NCBI GenBank assembly: GCA_032718475.1
Contig: JAUCBJ010009023.1
Span: 1-49,741, forward strand
Reading direction: 5' to 3'
DNA: 49,741 nucleotides
Source of the DNA: Nemertoderma westbladi
Taxonomy: Eukaryota > Animalia > Xenacoelomorpha
Shown here: in pieces, positions 1 through 11,003 of the stretch
How positions within the stretch are numbered: position 1 is the first letter of the stretch
Layout: every line of letters begins with the position of its first letter
Notes under the pieces: model-generated
The model's database searches: none
What the model was told of the DNA's origin: nothing
What the model saw: the letters and a program-made list of their open reading frames with translations, nothing else
Position numbers and translations under genes: made by a program

Positions 1-13
1 AGCTCACCAAACC

Positions 14-1537
14 ATGTTGAAAGTATGCCAACAAACCCACTACTTTACCGAACTTAACTACCTTCATCACTCACAGGGAAATAAATGCCCTAATATAGTG
101 AAACAGCTGAATTTGTTTATTGATTCAGAAGGTTTACTCCGTGCTAAGGGACGAATGACAAGTCCAGTAGTACCTTGGCATACAAAAAACCCTATATTAC
201 TTCCCCCTACTGATCATTATACTAAGCTGTTAATACGCAGTGCACACAATGATGTCAATCACTCAAGGGTGAGAAGTACACTCGCACAAATACGGGAAAA
301 ATTTTGGATTCCTCGCGCACGTCAAATTATTAAAACAACAATACACAATTGTTCAATTTGCAAGAGAATACAAGGGAACCCATACACATCACCCCCCGTT
401 AGCCCCTTGCCTATAGAAAGAACAGCAGAACTACCAGCATTTAGTCACGTAGGAATTGATTTCTGTGGACCTCTGAAAGTAGTCCGCACTTTGTCAGACC
501 CCGAAGGATCTACTATGAAAGTCTATGTGTGCTTATTTACATGTGCTGTAGTTAGAGCAGTACACTTAGAAACTGTAACCAGTTTACAAGTAAAATCATT
601 TCTTCTCGCATTTAACAGATTCATAAGTCGGCGAGGAGTTCCTTCACATATCTTTAGTGATAACGCTAGTACATTTAAACGTTCTTCTCAAGATTTCGAT
701 ATATATAGAAAATTCTTACATAGTGATTTGGTAAAGAAGACTTTCGGAGACTTATCCATCACATGGCATTTCAATATTGAGAGATATCCTGCAGCTTACG
801 GGTTCATTGAGAGATGTGTAGGTATCATAAAAGGAAATTTGAGAAAAATGATAGGAAGAGCTGTGTTGACAGATGAAGAGTTTCAAACAGTACTAACTTC
901 GTGCGAAGCTTCTGTAAACAGCCGTCCACTAACGTACATTTCGTCAGATAGCAATGATACTATCGATATTCTAACACCTAGCCATTTTCTTGTTGGGCGA
1001 AGAGTATGTGCACTTCCAGCACCAAACGTAAGATCGCTCAATTTAGAATTAACCAAGTCAAACCTCATTAACAGAACTCGCTATCAGGAAATAGCCTCCA
1101 ACTTTTTCTGGAGAAGTTGGAGAGAAGATTACTTACGCGATTTGAGAGATCGGCATAAAGTCAATAATCGTTCCGCAACATCACCTTTACTTCCATCAGT
1201 AGGAGATGTCTGTTTCCTATATGATCCAAAATTACCTCGATGTTTATGGAAGTTATGCCAAGTCATAGAACTGGTCAAGAGTAGGGGTGGCCATATAAGG
1301 TCGGCAAAAATAAAAATAGCCAATCGTAAAAAAGAAGCCACACAATTACATCGGTTAATTAGGCATCTAATACCACTAGAAATTCCTAACCCAGATCTTG
1401 ACCAATCGGCCTTTAATAAGGTCCAATCTCAAGCAAGTGAAAAAGTGAAGGATAATTATTCAAATCCTAACAGAAAAATTAGTCGATTCCCACGATCTAC
1501 AAAAACAAATTTGCATGATGGGTTTTATAAAATCTAA
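14..1537 (+). CDS. pol: BEL/Pao retrotransposon family A, Pol C-terminal part (integrase); 5' part lies outside the window
   Basis: HHCC zinc finger (AHNDVNH...CSIC), DDE core (GIDFCGP, SDNAST, IERCV), and BEL-typical VNSRPL / LTPSHFLVG / FWRSWREDYL tail. Confidence 0.93.
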   Translation: MLKVCQQTHYFTELNYLHHSQGNKCPNIVKQLNLFIDSEGLLRAKGRMTSPVVPWHTKNPILLPPTDHYTKLLIRSAHNDVNHSRVRSTLAQIREKFWIPRARQIIKTTIHNCSICKRIQGNPYTSPPVSPLPIERTAELPAFSHVGIDFCGPLKVVRTLSDPEGSTMKVYVCLFTCAVVRAVHLETVTSLQVKSFLLAFNRFISRRGVPSHIFSDNASTFKRSSQDFDIYRKFLHSDLVKKTFGDLSITWHFNIERYPAAYGFIERCVGIIKGNLRKMIGRAVLTDEEFQTVLTSCEASVNSRPLTYISSDSNDTIDILTPSHFLVGRRVCALPAPNVRSLNLELTKSNLINRTRYQEIASNFFWRSWREDYLRDLRDRHKVNNRSATSPLLPSVGDVCFLYDPKLPRCLWKLCQVIELVKSRGGHIRSAKIKIANRKKEATQLHRLIRHLIPLEIPNPDLDQSAFNKVQSQASEKVKDNYSNPNRKISRFPRSTKTNLHDGFYKI

Positions 1538-1865
1538 GCCAAAATTGTATTATTACATACATAAATATGTATTCACTGCACGCACACACCACACATGCAC
1601 AGCACGCACTACGTTTACTTGTCACATAACCAAATATAATAGTAGAGTAGTCCGTAAAGTGTGTAATGCAGTATTTTGGTGGAGGTTATTATTATTAACG
1701 TACGAAGTGTGTTTATAGTAATTTGTATTTGTAGTAATATTACAGATACCTTGTAAAAGAACGGTAATCTGTAATGTTGCTAAATTATTATTAATATATC
1801 ATTTGTGCTTTTACGTTGTTTTTAGGAATGTATACAGTTGTCTATCGTTTCATTTAACAATAGAC

Positions 1866-2171
1866 AAGAGGGCGGTGTGGCAAATTCTGTATAATGCAAC
1901 ATTAACTATCTTAATTAGTAATTTATTCTAATTAGCCCTTTGACAATATCACACCATAACTCATTGTATACAGTCCTATTCCTACAGTAGAATGTGCATT
2001 GTTTGTACAGTAGTTAGTAATACGTTCAGCTGTAGTAAGTGAATGTAGTAAATTAGTTATATATTGGACTTGAATCAAGATTTGTGTGCGTTACTCATTT
2101 ATTCATTATATTAGTATTGTATTGAAAAAACGCCCCATTTTGTTTATTTGAAACTTCCTGTCTTTATGACA
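1866..2171 (+). repeat. Polypurine tract (1866-1875) and probable 3' LTR (1876-2171) of BEL family A
   Basis: AAGAGGGCGG directly followed by TGTGGCAAA downstream of the integrase; candidate end TTTATGACA at 2171. The end is inferred because no second LTR is in the window. Confidence 0.6.
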
Positions 2172-2220
2172 AACTCATTTGACTTTGGTCAAACCAATTT
2201 ACGCATTAATTATATCAGTT

Positions 2221-2854
2221 GATGGAATATTATTATATTTGGATAATATCGATAAATAATCATAAAACCCCCAATCTTCTTGATATACTGAAGGTAAGAG
2301 ACCGGTTACATATAACAATTGCGACTTACATTAAAGTGGTTTTGGAGTGAATCTAATGCTATTTCATAGGCACTACATGAGTCGGTTGCTGTTCTCTTTA
2401 TATGTGACTAAAATTAGTGAAGGTCGGCAGATCGTTGTGCAGCATTGTGCGGTAGTGTGCATGATTGTGACTGATAACAAAGCATCTCCTAAAGAATGCG
2501 CTTTATACGTGAATCAATAGCCATCCCGTTGTGTCTAGTGTAAGTCATAACTCTGTTTACATATTTAGAGCGCCACGTCCTAAAGGAACTGTTAATATTT
2601 CCCGAAAGTGAATAATATTTGTCAGAAATTATATATTAACAATCAGTCGAATAATACAGTAGGCCTACACCGCAATAAGGTCAAAGCTTCCGAATACAGT
2701 CTCCCGGGTATATCCAGCGGGTGAATGGTCGCGCATAGACTGGCTTCGGCTAATGTAGTGTATCAAATACTCGTCATAGGCTAAAGTCGATTTATAATCT
2801 AGAAGACATCTAAATTTGGCAGGTTAAACTGCTAAAGGTCTGAAAGCGCGAACA
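2221..2854 (+). repeat. 5'-truncated LTR of the large BEL family (third, more diverged copy)
   Basis: Colinear with about 45970-46608 and ends in the same ...AAAGCGCGAACA terminus; inverted relative to 2911-3560. Confidence 0.88.
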
Positions 2855-2910
2855 CATAGTATACATATACATATAATATATACATAGTATGCATATACAT
2901 ATAATATATA
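2855..2910. repeat. Two tandem 28-bp TA-rich units between two opposed LTR ends
   Basis: catagtatacatatacatataatatata followed by catagtatgcatatacatataatatata. Confidence 0.9.
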
Positions 2911-3967
2911 TGTTCGCGCTTTTAGACCTTTAGCAGTTTAACCTGCCAATTTTAGTTATCTTCTTGTTTATAAATTGACTTTAGCCAAGACCAATTATTT
3001 AGTGTACTGAAGTTACATCCGCCGAAGCCAGTCCGTGCGCGAACATTCGCCCACAGTTAAGGGAGACTGGATTCGGGTGCTTTGAAGTTATTGCGATGCA
3101 GACCTACTGTATTATTCGATTGATCGTTACTATATAATCTCTGACAAATATATTTACTTTCGGTTCCTTTGGGACGTGGCGCTTTAAGTATAAAAACAGA
3201 GTTATGACTTATACTAATCACAACTAGATGGCTACTGAGTTTCGTAAATAGCGCATTCTTTAGGAGATGCTTTATTATCTGTCACACTACTTCACACGAC
3301 TTCACACTACTTCACACTACTGCACACTGATCTGCCGACCGTCACTGAATTTGATCATATATAAAGAAGATCGCAACTGACACTTGTAGGGATTATGAAA
3401 TAGCATTTAATTCACACAAAAACCACTATAATGTAAGTCGCAGTTGCTACAGGTAACCTGTTCCTCTAACCTTCAGTAATTAAGAAGATTGGGGTTTTTA
3501 TGAGTATTCATAGGTATTATCCAAATATATCAACAATATATATCCATATAACAACAATTAATAACAGAAGTAAAATAATGCGGTGAACAATCAGTATGTG
3601 TTACGTAATGCATTGAGTTCAATCAGTTCGTCAGGTAAATGCAGCCAGATAATAGATTTACGTTCTTGTAATCAAAGCCATCAGATGTTTAGGCCAAAGT
3701 CTGAAACTTCCGAAACAGAAGCACAGAAGAATTCTAAGCCGGTTCTCTGGCTCAGAAAGGTAAACAAAGACCGTAATGCATTGCGCGGTTTTCCATAGTC
3801 CTCTGTCAGAAATAAAGTGAAAATCGCTCTGATTGGCTGAGCAGAACAAGGAGGTTCCACGTCTACAGGAAATCAGCTGACTGATTTCGTCATCTGAGCT
3901 CCAATCTTTTAGAGTATTATGCGCATTGCGGCAAAAATGACTTGTTATGTCCGCAAAAGCTTTTACA
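2911..3967 (-). repeat. 3' LTR of copy M
   Basis: On the minus strand a PPT-like GGGAGCGG precedes TGTAAAAG (3967) and homology with 45476-46608 stops at CGCGAACA (2911). Contains an AGCCAATCAG CCAAT box and 10-bp CACACTACTT-type tandem repeats (about 3283-3328). Confidence 0.85.
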
Positions 3968-4045
3968 CCGCTCCCAGAAAATGGGATTTAATTCTATAAA
4001 ATATAAAAAATCACAGTTTCTAAAATATAAAAATTCTCTAAACAG

Positions 4046-5170
4046 TTAGTCCTTCTTACGTGAACGTCGTTTACGAAGTTTTTTGAGGCTAGCAAGAGTC
4101 CTTTTCTCTTTGGGGCGAGCCACTTTCCTAGGAGGGCTATAACTCCTGGGTGAGGGGTGCAATACAATTGCATTGGAAGGTTTAGGGTTACGGTCAGTGT
4201 ATCCGCTGGTCGAGGTACCTGGTTGATCGATATCAACCTCGGTGGAACGAGGTCGAGCAACCTTCAGAGCGCGTTTCAAGACAGCAGCTCTTACTGGTCC
4301 CTGACGAGTAGGCGGACCGTGAGTAGTGAGAAATTTCCTCGGTTTGATGGTTCTTTCTAACTCGTGTTCTCGGGCTCTATATTCATAGGGTCGTCTATGA
4401 ACTTCCTGTAGTTCTGGGTGCGAGTTGATGAACAAGTCACCATATTCCGGATCTTGATGGATGAAGTTGATCAAGTTATAGGAATTAAGATCACTGGGAT
4501 TAATGTTCCGGAGATACTTGCGAACAAATTTGGTCGAAATATTCTCGCCAACACGCTTCATTAGTTTGTAACTTGGTGTGCGAGATTTTTGCTCAACGGA
4601 AGCAAAGAGATATGGGTGAAATGCATAAACTCCTTCATAGGCACGTCCAGGGTAGTATCGATGACGTGACTCGCAATGGAGATCCGCGTTAGCTTCCCAG
4701 GCTCGAATGTAGCGCAGGGCAACCATTTTGTCTACGCTTTCCAGATCTCGGTTGAAAGGGCAATCAAAACTTGCGTGTCCTTTAAACTGGCAATTATGGC
4801 ATTGAGTCATAAATTGAGGGCAGACTGCAAAGATGTGTAAGTTATTGAGTCTACAATACGCACAATAGATCTCCATTATAGGTTGGTCTTGGAAGTAGGA
4901 GCAGGGTACGTTGGAGTCCACCGGGGTGAAGTGGTCTCGAGATGCACATAATCGGCAACGTTTCCTAGAAACATAATTGGCATGCTGATAATCGTATGCG
5001 GTGAGACATTGTGGACCTTGATACCATTCCAGGACGTAGTCGTTGTCACTGCTCCTGGGCGCAGTGGGCTGAATCTCCTCGGATTCTAAGCAAATTGGTT
5101 CGTCTTCCAATTGCATAGCTGAGGTAGGTGTGGCTGTCTCCTCAAGCGAACCCACTGTCTGAACCTCCAC
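4046..5170 (-). CDS. Extra ORF, C-terminal segment: zinc-knuckle cluster plus basic NLS-like tail
   Basis: CRLC-x4-H-x9-C, CAYC-x5-H-x4-C and a canonical CHNCQFKGHASFDC (CX2CX4HX4C); ends KKLRKRRSRKKD; in frame with 5192-6211 across a single TGA. Confidence 0.82.
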   Translation of the reverse strand: MEVQTVGSLEETATPTSAMQLEDEPICLESEEIQPTAPRSSDNDYVLEWYQGPQCLTAYDYQHANYVSRKRCRLCASRDHFTPVDSNVPCSYFQDQPIMEIYCAYCRLNNLHIFAVCPQFMTQCHNCQFKGHASFDCPFNRDLESVDKMVALRYIRAWEANADLHCESRHRYYPGRAYEGVYAFHPYLFASVEQKSRTPSYKLMKRVGENISTKFVRKYLRNINPSDLNSYNLINFIHQDPEYGDLFINSHPELQEVHRRPYEYRAREHELERTIKPRKFLTTHGPPTRQGPVRAAVLKRALKVARPRSTEVDIDQPGTSTSGYTDRNPKPSNAIVLHPSPRSYSPPRKVARPKEKRTLASLKKLRKRRSRKKD

Positions 5171-5191
5171 GATAGAATAACCCGTGGGGAT

Positions 5192-6370
5192 TCAGGGTCT
5201 TTGTATAACAGAGGAATGTAAATTCTGTATACAAACATCTTTGAAAATGGCGAATCCAGCGCTGTCTAACTTCTCAGCAGCTGAGTCTCTGAGGCTGAGC
5301 TTAGTCAGAGCGCGGTCCTTGAACTGACTATCAACGTTACGGAACGGAGTCAGAAAGCACCTAAAGCATTCGAAGCGGATGAATTTATTGTGTTCATCTA
5401 GCTTGGCGAGTTTGGTTCCAGGTAACAAGGGATAGGCGTGTATAGTATGACTGCACACATCGGCAAGCCAACCGGCAAGTGCGGCGTTCTCGAAGATAGT
5501 GTATATAGCTAATGAGGGACGAAGTGGAACACTCATGAAGCTATAAACGATGCCAGGTGCGGTCAATGGTCCATCGAAGTATAATCGAGAATAGTGATCT
5601 CCATATACTTCTTGATAATTGATAGGGTTTCCGACTTTGAAATTCCATCCGTATTCTTGAAAGGCAAGATGTCCGATGGAGGTTCGTTGTACTTTATTGA
5701 TGCCGCTGGATGTATTGGCATACATAGTGCGGAAGAAACCTTGGCCTTCTGCCCAGGGAGCAATCAGCTGGGTATCTACGAAAGGATATGGAATATTCTC
5801 CATGTTCCTGAAGACATTCTGGAGATCTCCATAAACAGCTGAGCCGATTTTAAGGATTCTTTCGTTAAACAACATCTCGAGCACTGGCTGGGGTAACATT
5901 GATCCATCTATACCCATGGCCGGTTTGCGTTCGGTATCGGTGACGTAACGCTGCGCGAGTTCGAATTGTCCATGTCGGAGTTTCTTTTGGATCTCGGTGA
6001 GAGTCTCAAAGGGGTAATCGATCACGTCGGAACATGCTCGGGTAAACACATGGGTAGAACCAGCTAGTCCACGTATGTGTATCATCCGCGTAGTTCCCAG
6101 TTCTCCAACCGGAACGCTACCTTCGTTATCGTAAGTGACAACTCTATACATTTCGATAACGTTAAGAGTTTCGTTCCACTCTTTGGTGGCGTTTTCTATG
6201 GTCATACCCACCGGATGCCATAAGGTGGCGCGTTCGCTAGCATTAGGTAGATCGCTATACTTCAGATAATGTGTAGTATACGTCTCTACATCTCCATATC
6301 GCTGTATTCTCTCTTCCTCGAATAATACGTCGAGATTCCAATGGACTAATCGAGTTTTAATAAATCCATC
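5192..6370 (-). CDS. Extra ORF, middle segment: DEDDy (WRN/RNase D/MUT-7-like) 3'-5' exonuclease domain
   Basis: ExoI VVTYDNEG, ExoII [43 protein letters not shown] and ExoIII-like [14 protein letters not shown] occur in the expected order. The frame stays open upstream of the called start at 6211. Confidence 0.8.
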   Translation of the reverse strand, partial: [392 protein letters not shown]

Positions 6371-6730
6371 GAGATTATATGGGGAATTATATCCTTTTCT
6401 ATTCTAGAAATATTGTAAGGTTTTCTGAATGAGTTTACTTTCACTAACTGATCCAGATGTTTCTGTAGTTGTTCGAGTTCAACAAGATCGAGGGGATTTA
6501 TCAGTGGTAGAAACCTCAAACTGTGTGTAGGATTCCAATGGACTAATCGAGTTTTAATAAATCCATCGAGATTATATGGGGAATTATATCCTTTTCTATT
6601 CTAGTAATATTGTAAGGTTTTCTGAATGAGTTTACTTTCACTAACTGATCCAGATGTTTCTGTAGTTGTTCGAGTTCAACAAGATCGAGGGGATTTATCA
6701 GTGGTAGAAACCTCAAACTGTGTGTAGGAT
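6334..6730. repeat. 197-bp tandem duplication inside the extra ORF
   Basis: gattccaatggactaatcg... starts at 6334 and again at 6531; I saw one mismatch. Confidence 0.95.
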
Positions 6731-8477
6731 CTTCTGGTTTCACCATATAATATTGAGTTAAATTGACATAATAGGGGTGGTCTTTGATCCCATAAAATGA
6801 GTTCGGTAAAGGTCTAGCGCATAGGTTGACCTCATGTACCATACGACGGACAAGATCAGCTCGATTGTCCGGAGGTTCAACGAGTATACCGTCGACACGA
6901 GCGGCTTCGATTGGCGGACGCTGTAACATAGGAGCATCAGCGATAAGATCTCGAGATCTTAGGTTGATATCAACTGGTTGTGGTTGTACTGTGGCGAAGA
7001 GTTTGTCTCCGAAATGGGGAACCATCGAGGGATGAATGATGGTTTTGGAATAGAGATCAGTGATAAGGATTTGAGCTTCTGGTTGGGCTAAAGCTGCTTC
7101 TTCTCTCTCATCCATTTCGATGTACTTCTCCTCAAGCTGATTTTCCTCCGCTTGTCATTGGAAGCATTTGTCCAAAAACTCTTGCAGAGAGTAGGTTCGT
7201 CCAAGTTCGATGTCTTCCTCGAGGTTCTGGATTTCTCGATCGAACTGGGGTAAGGCCAATTCCTTATCTGCTTGGACTTGCTGCTGCAATTTACGTTTAT
7301 CTAAACAATCGTAAGTTCCTTTTCTGATATTTTGCCGAATAGCGTCTAACGCGTTTCGTACAACGCCCTCCTCCACCTCGGTGACGGGTTGTATCGGGGT
7401 TAAACCGGGGCGATTATAAGGGTTGAACGGCGATATTAAATGTCTGCATCCCAATCCGGCTAGGTAAGATTTGCAAATATCTAGAGAGCCCACTACCGGA
7501 GTGCCACCGATTAATTGTTCGGGTAACACTAGATCTTTGAACAGTGCGTACAGTTCAGGAGGATCCGTTGTACTATTAGGATCAAGAGTTTGAGGTCTCA
7601 CTAGGGAATGAGGAGGTCTGACCGAGTATTCCGGAACTCTGATCATCGGTTTATTTAAGGATCGTTTGAGTCGAGCGAGCGTAGGTGATACATCGAACAA
7701 GTTTCGCTCGAAACTCCCGTAGGTATAGCGAGTAAAACTGTGTTTAGCGCAACATCTCCGCGGATGTTTATGTCTTTCCGTTTGTTGGTTGGGTCTAGGG
7801 CATTCATCGCAATAATACCAAAGACGCATGTCTTGTAGGGGAAACGCGGGTGATCTTTCTCCAGTTTTACAATATTCCTCCATCTGTTCGAAGCTATCCG
7901 GTACAACAGGTAGCGGTCGATCGGCGGTAAGATACATCATAGTGAAATAGAGTCGTTTGAGTTCTATCATAGGGTCATGATGTATACCTTGAGGATATCG
8001 AGTTTCTAGATTTTGTTGACTGGCATTATTGAGATATGTTTCTCTCAAGAATTCCAGATTTTCGTTGAAGTCACTGCGTTTATCCGGCTCTTCAATGTCT
8101 TCTCTTTCGAGTTGGTTGCGAATAGAATTTTCGTGTTCGCTTCTCAGTTTATCGTTCTGACTCCGCTGGGTATGATATTTAAATAGAACCATTTCCGTTT
8201 CGGTGTCTACATCGTCCGTATCGTGTAAATCGATAGGATGACCAGTAGTTAAGAAGTCCATATACGTACCATTACGATGCGTATAGCGAGCGGTGAATTT
8301 TCTATAGTCAAATTCACGCGTGAGTTGTTCCTTTGACATTGGTGGTTCGATATAACGGCCATCATCCTCCGTAGTAGTTTGACTAGCGTCGCCGCGTATT
8401 AAACTATCAACAAACGCTTGCAATGGTAGGGTATATCGCTCCCTGATATCAAGATCATCCTCTATCAACTCAGTCAT
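6543..8477 (-). pseudogene. Extra ORF, N-terminal segment (unknown domain), split by an in-frame TGA at 7155-7157
   Basis: 7155-8477 and 6543-7115 are in frame and together match the uninterrupted 43192-44980 ORF, which has CGA at that codon. Contains the Cys/His cluster CDEC...HKHPRRCCAKH. Confidence 0.88.
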
Positions 8478-9299
8478 AGCTGCTATATGAGTTTATCGAT
8501 ATTATAATTAATTATAATTAGGCTAGCGGTCGTCGCTGCCTCCCCCTCAATGCCCCCGGACAGCGCAAGATCCTCAGCGCTGATGTACTGTCGTCGCTGT
8601 GCCTCTCGCCAACGTAGTAGCTACACAACGACAACAATAACCAGCGCCAGTCACTCCACTGTCCATCCCAAGGGCTTAGAATTACTTCAGGTTCTTGCTA
8701 CAGAGGTAGTGCAACTTTCACAACTGCGACTCGCTACTGTAAACACACTTTAATAGTAACATTCACCTATAAACGCACAAATTCCACACAACTGTCACAA
8801 ATTGTACACATTCGGGCCATTTGTCCGTTAGTCAAGTGCCTTCCAGAATGCCACATTATTATTATGTATCCCTGGATACTAGCGTGTGCTATTTATTCCG
8901 CATGCTATTCAATGGGGCAAGCTTTCTATTGTTCTTTAACTCGCTTCTAATTCTAGTGTGGTTGTTGCTATGGTGACATTATGGAAAGCTAGCAGTAGAA
9001 TTAGGGTAATTCTCATGCATACAGATCTGGGATGCTATTTAATAGTAATTCTTTAATTGTCAATATTCCCCTTTATACATGATTTTATGAATTTTATCGG
9101 CTATTGACTATATGTTGGAGATTCTCGCACACTAATATACTTAATAGGGTGAATCTCCGCTCCCATGATCTATTAATTAATGGAATTTTGGGAATGTTAT
9201 AAATTGTATAAAATGACAATTTATCAAATTCATGAGAGGATATGAATTTAAAATTTATTCCCGTAAATTTTATTATTTAATATTAAAATAGACACAATT

Positions 9300-9700
9300 T
9301 TATTCCAGAACATGTCTGGGGACTAGGATCCTTAATTCTAGGAAATTTGTCCTTTTAAGAGTATCGGTAAGTGCTACGATATCTTAATCAACTAGAATTT
9401 TAAAGGATCTGAATTTCAACAGATTTTGGATTTCTAGATTTTCTTGGTTTACAAACTCCTTAGAGTTTATTTTAGATTATAGATTAGTATAGACCTTAGA
9501 TTATAACATTTGTTTTAATAGATTTTTATAAATATTAAATAATTAATATTTAAGATGGGCACCGAATTATTCCAGAACATGTCTGGGGACGTTTACCACT
9601 GATTCTAGAATTTTGTCTTTCAAGTATATCGGTGGGTGCCGCGATATCTTAATCGACTAGAATTTCAGATGGTCAAAGGGTTTAACAGATTTATTTTGCG
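9300..9700. repeat. Two diverged ~130-bp direct repeats in the spacer between pol and the extra ORF
   Basis: ttattccagaacatgtctggggac...gatatcttaatc...aacagatt at about 9300 and 9568; also present in copy P (about 42000-42370). Confidence 0.8.
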
Positions 9701-10210
9701 TTTCAACGCTACTGTTAAATGGACATCATTCTACTATATGTATTATTTAGTATACGGTATGAGAGCAATATTGCAAGGAGCAATGTCAGTGAGAAGAGGC
9801 AAGTCGTTTCCAAGGTCTACCCAGAGCTTGGTTTAGCCGAGACACGAGGATCTGAACTTTGCATTCCTAATACTCTACTTACCAATAATACTTGAGTATA
9901 GTAGGGGCGGTATTGTACTTTTAATAAGTACAGACATTTCATCTTACTGTAGTCACGTATTTATAGTATGATACGGACAGTAAGGAAAGAGAAAATGAAT
10001 TGTTTCTCGCCGTCGCACTAAATATATAATATAAGTAATTACGTAATAAATGCGAATATATTGCACTAATCTACTAAATAATCGCTAAAATAACATGCTA
10101 CAAAATTAAATAAAACGATTATAATAAAATTACATAATAATACATACATAAATATAAAATAATAAAAATAAATATAAAATAATATAGTCACACACCCACT
10201 CCGTATGTTG

Positions 10211-10984
10211 TTACGTTATGGAGTCCCTAGATATTTGTTGGATTAGGGAGGTGGTCCTGGGAAGAGTATCTTGCCTTCCATAGTTTCCGGACAGTTTTCG
10301 GTCTCTTTCCGGTAAACATAAACGACCAGCTGGGCGATTGAGTGGTTGTGTTACTTTCTCCGCTCCCTTGGCCTGTCTAATCTTCACCGGGATAAGCTGA
10401 GGAGGCCATTCATCTTCTTTACTTAGGAAGTCGGGTCCACCTAACCAGTCTGGAGTATCTGTCAGTTCTTGAGGAGTTGCTCCTCTGGAGGCGATGTCGG
10501 CTAGATTGATCGTCTCGGGGCAATGTCTCCATTGATCTACATTGGAGTTGATGTCGTCATTATCTGAGGAGTATGGTGTTCCCTCAGTTGGGTCGTCAAC
10601 TTCACTGCTCTCCACTTCCCATTCACTTAATTGATATACCTGTTCTTTTGGTAATCTTTCTATAAGAGTTCTACGAGAAGGGCCAGTAAAGTACCAACCT
10701 ACTCTAGTTCTTCCCGCATAGACTTGTAGTGGTTGCGGTTGAGCAGGCCGTTTCTCCAATGTCTCGAGCGCTTCATGCGCATTTTGACCGATGAGTATTT
10801 GGACTCCAGGGTAATCGGTGTTGAATCTAGGTATTTCAAGCTGCTGGGTGAAATCGTCCTCATCCCAGTTATAAGGTTCCTCTTGGCTGGTCGCGAAGTT
10901 CTTTATCGCTACCATTTTTACTGACCTTATGCTGTGTTCTCCTAGTCCATCCTGGGGGGTGGACAACGCACCTACATAATAATC
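10211..10984 (-). pseudogene. pol: Internally deleted pol derivative from a diverged family member
   Basis: Joins post-protease sequence to the RNase H end (NDDIN|SNVDQW) and then to the pol C-terminus (AEKV|TQPLNRP); many substitutions relative to the neighbouring units. Confidence 0.85.
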
Positions 10985-11003
10985 CGCGATTACGCGTATC
11001 CGC

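Noticed and set aside
3283-3328. Short repeats as a CRISPR-like array
   Set aside because: Contiguous 10-bp tandem units with no spacers, inside a eukaryotic LTR.
5192-7157. Programmed readthrough at the in-frame TGAs
   Set aside because: Copy P has CGA at the 7155 codon, so mutation is the simpler explanation; the 5192 stop cannot be tested because P lacks that region.
4046-8477. Extra ORF as an env gene
   Set aside because: No signal peptide, transmembrane helix or fusion-protein pattern seen; it has nuclease, zinc-knuckle and NLS-like motifs instead.
8550-8753. 67-aa antisense ORF present in both copies (also 42916-43119)
   Set aside because: The copies are too similar for shared openness to be informative, and the start is ATG in one and GTG in the other.
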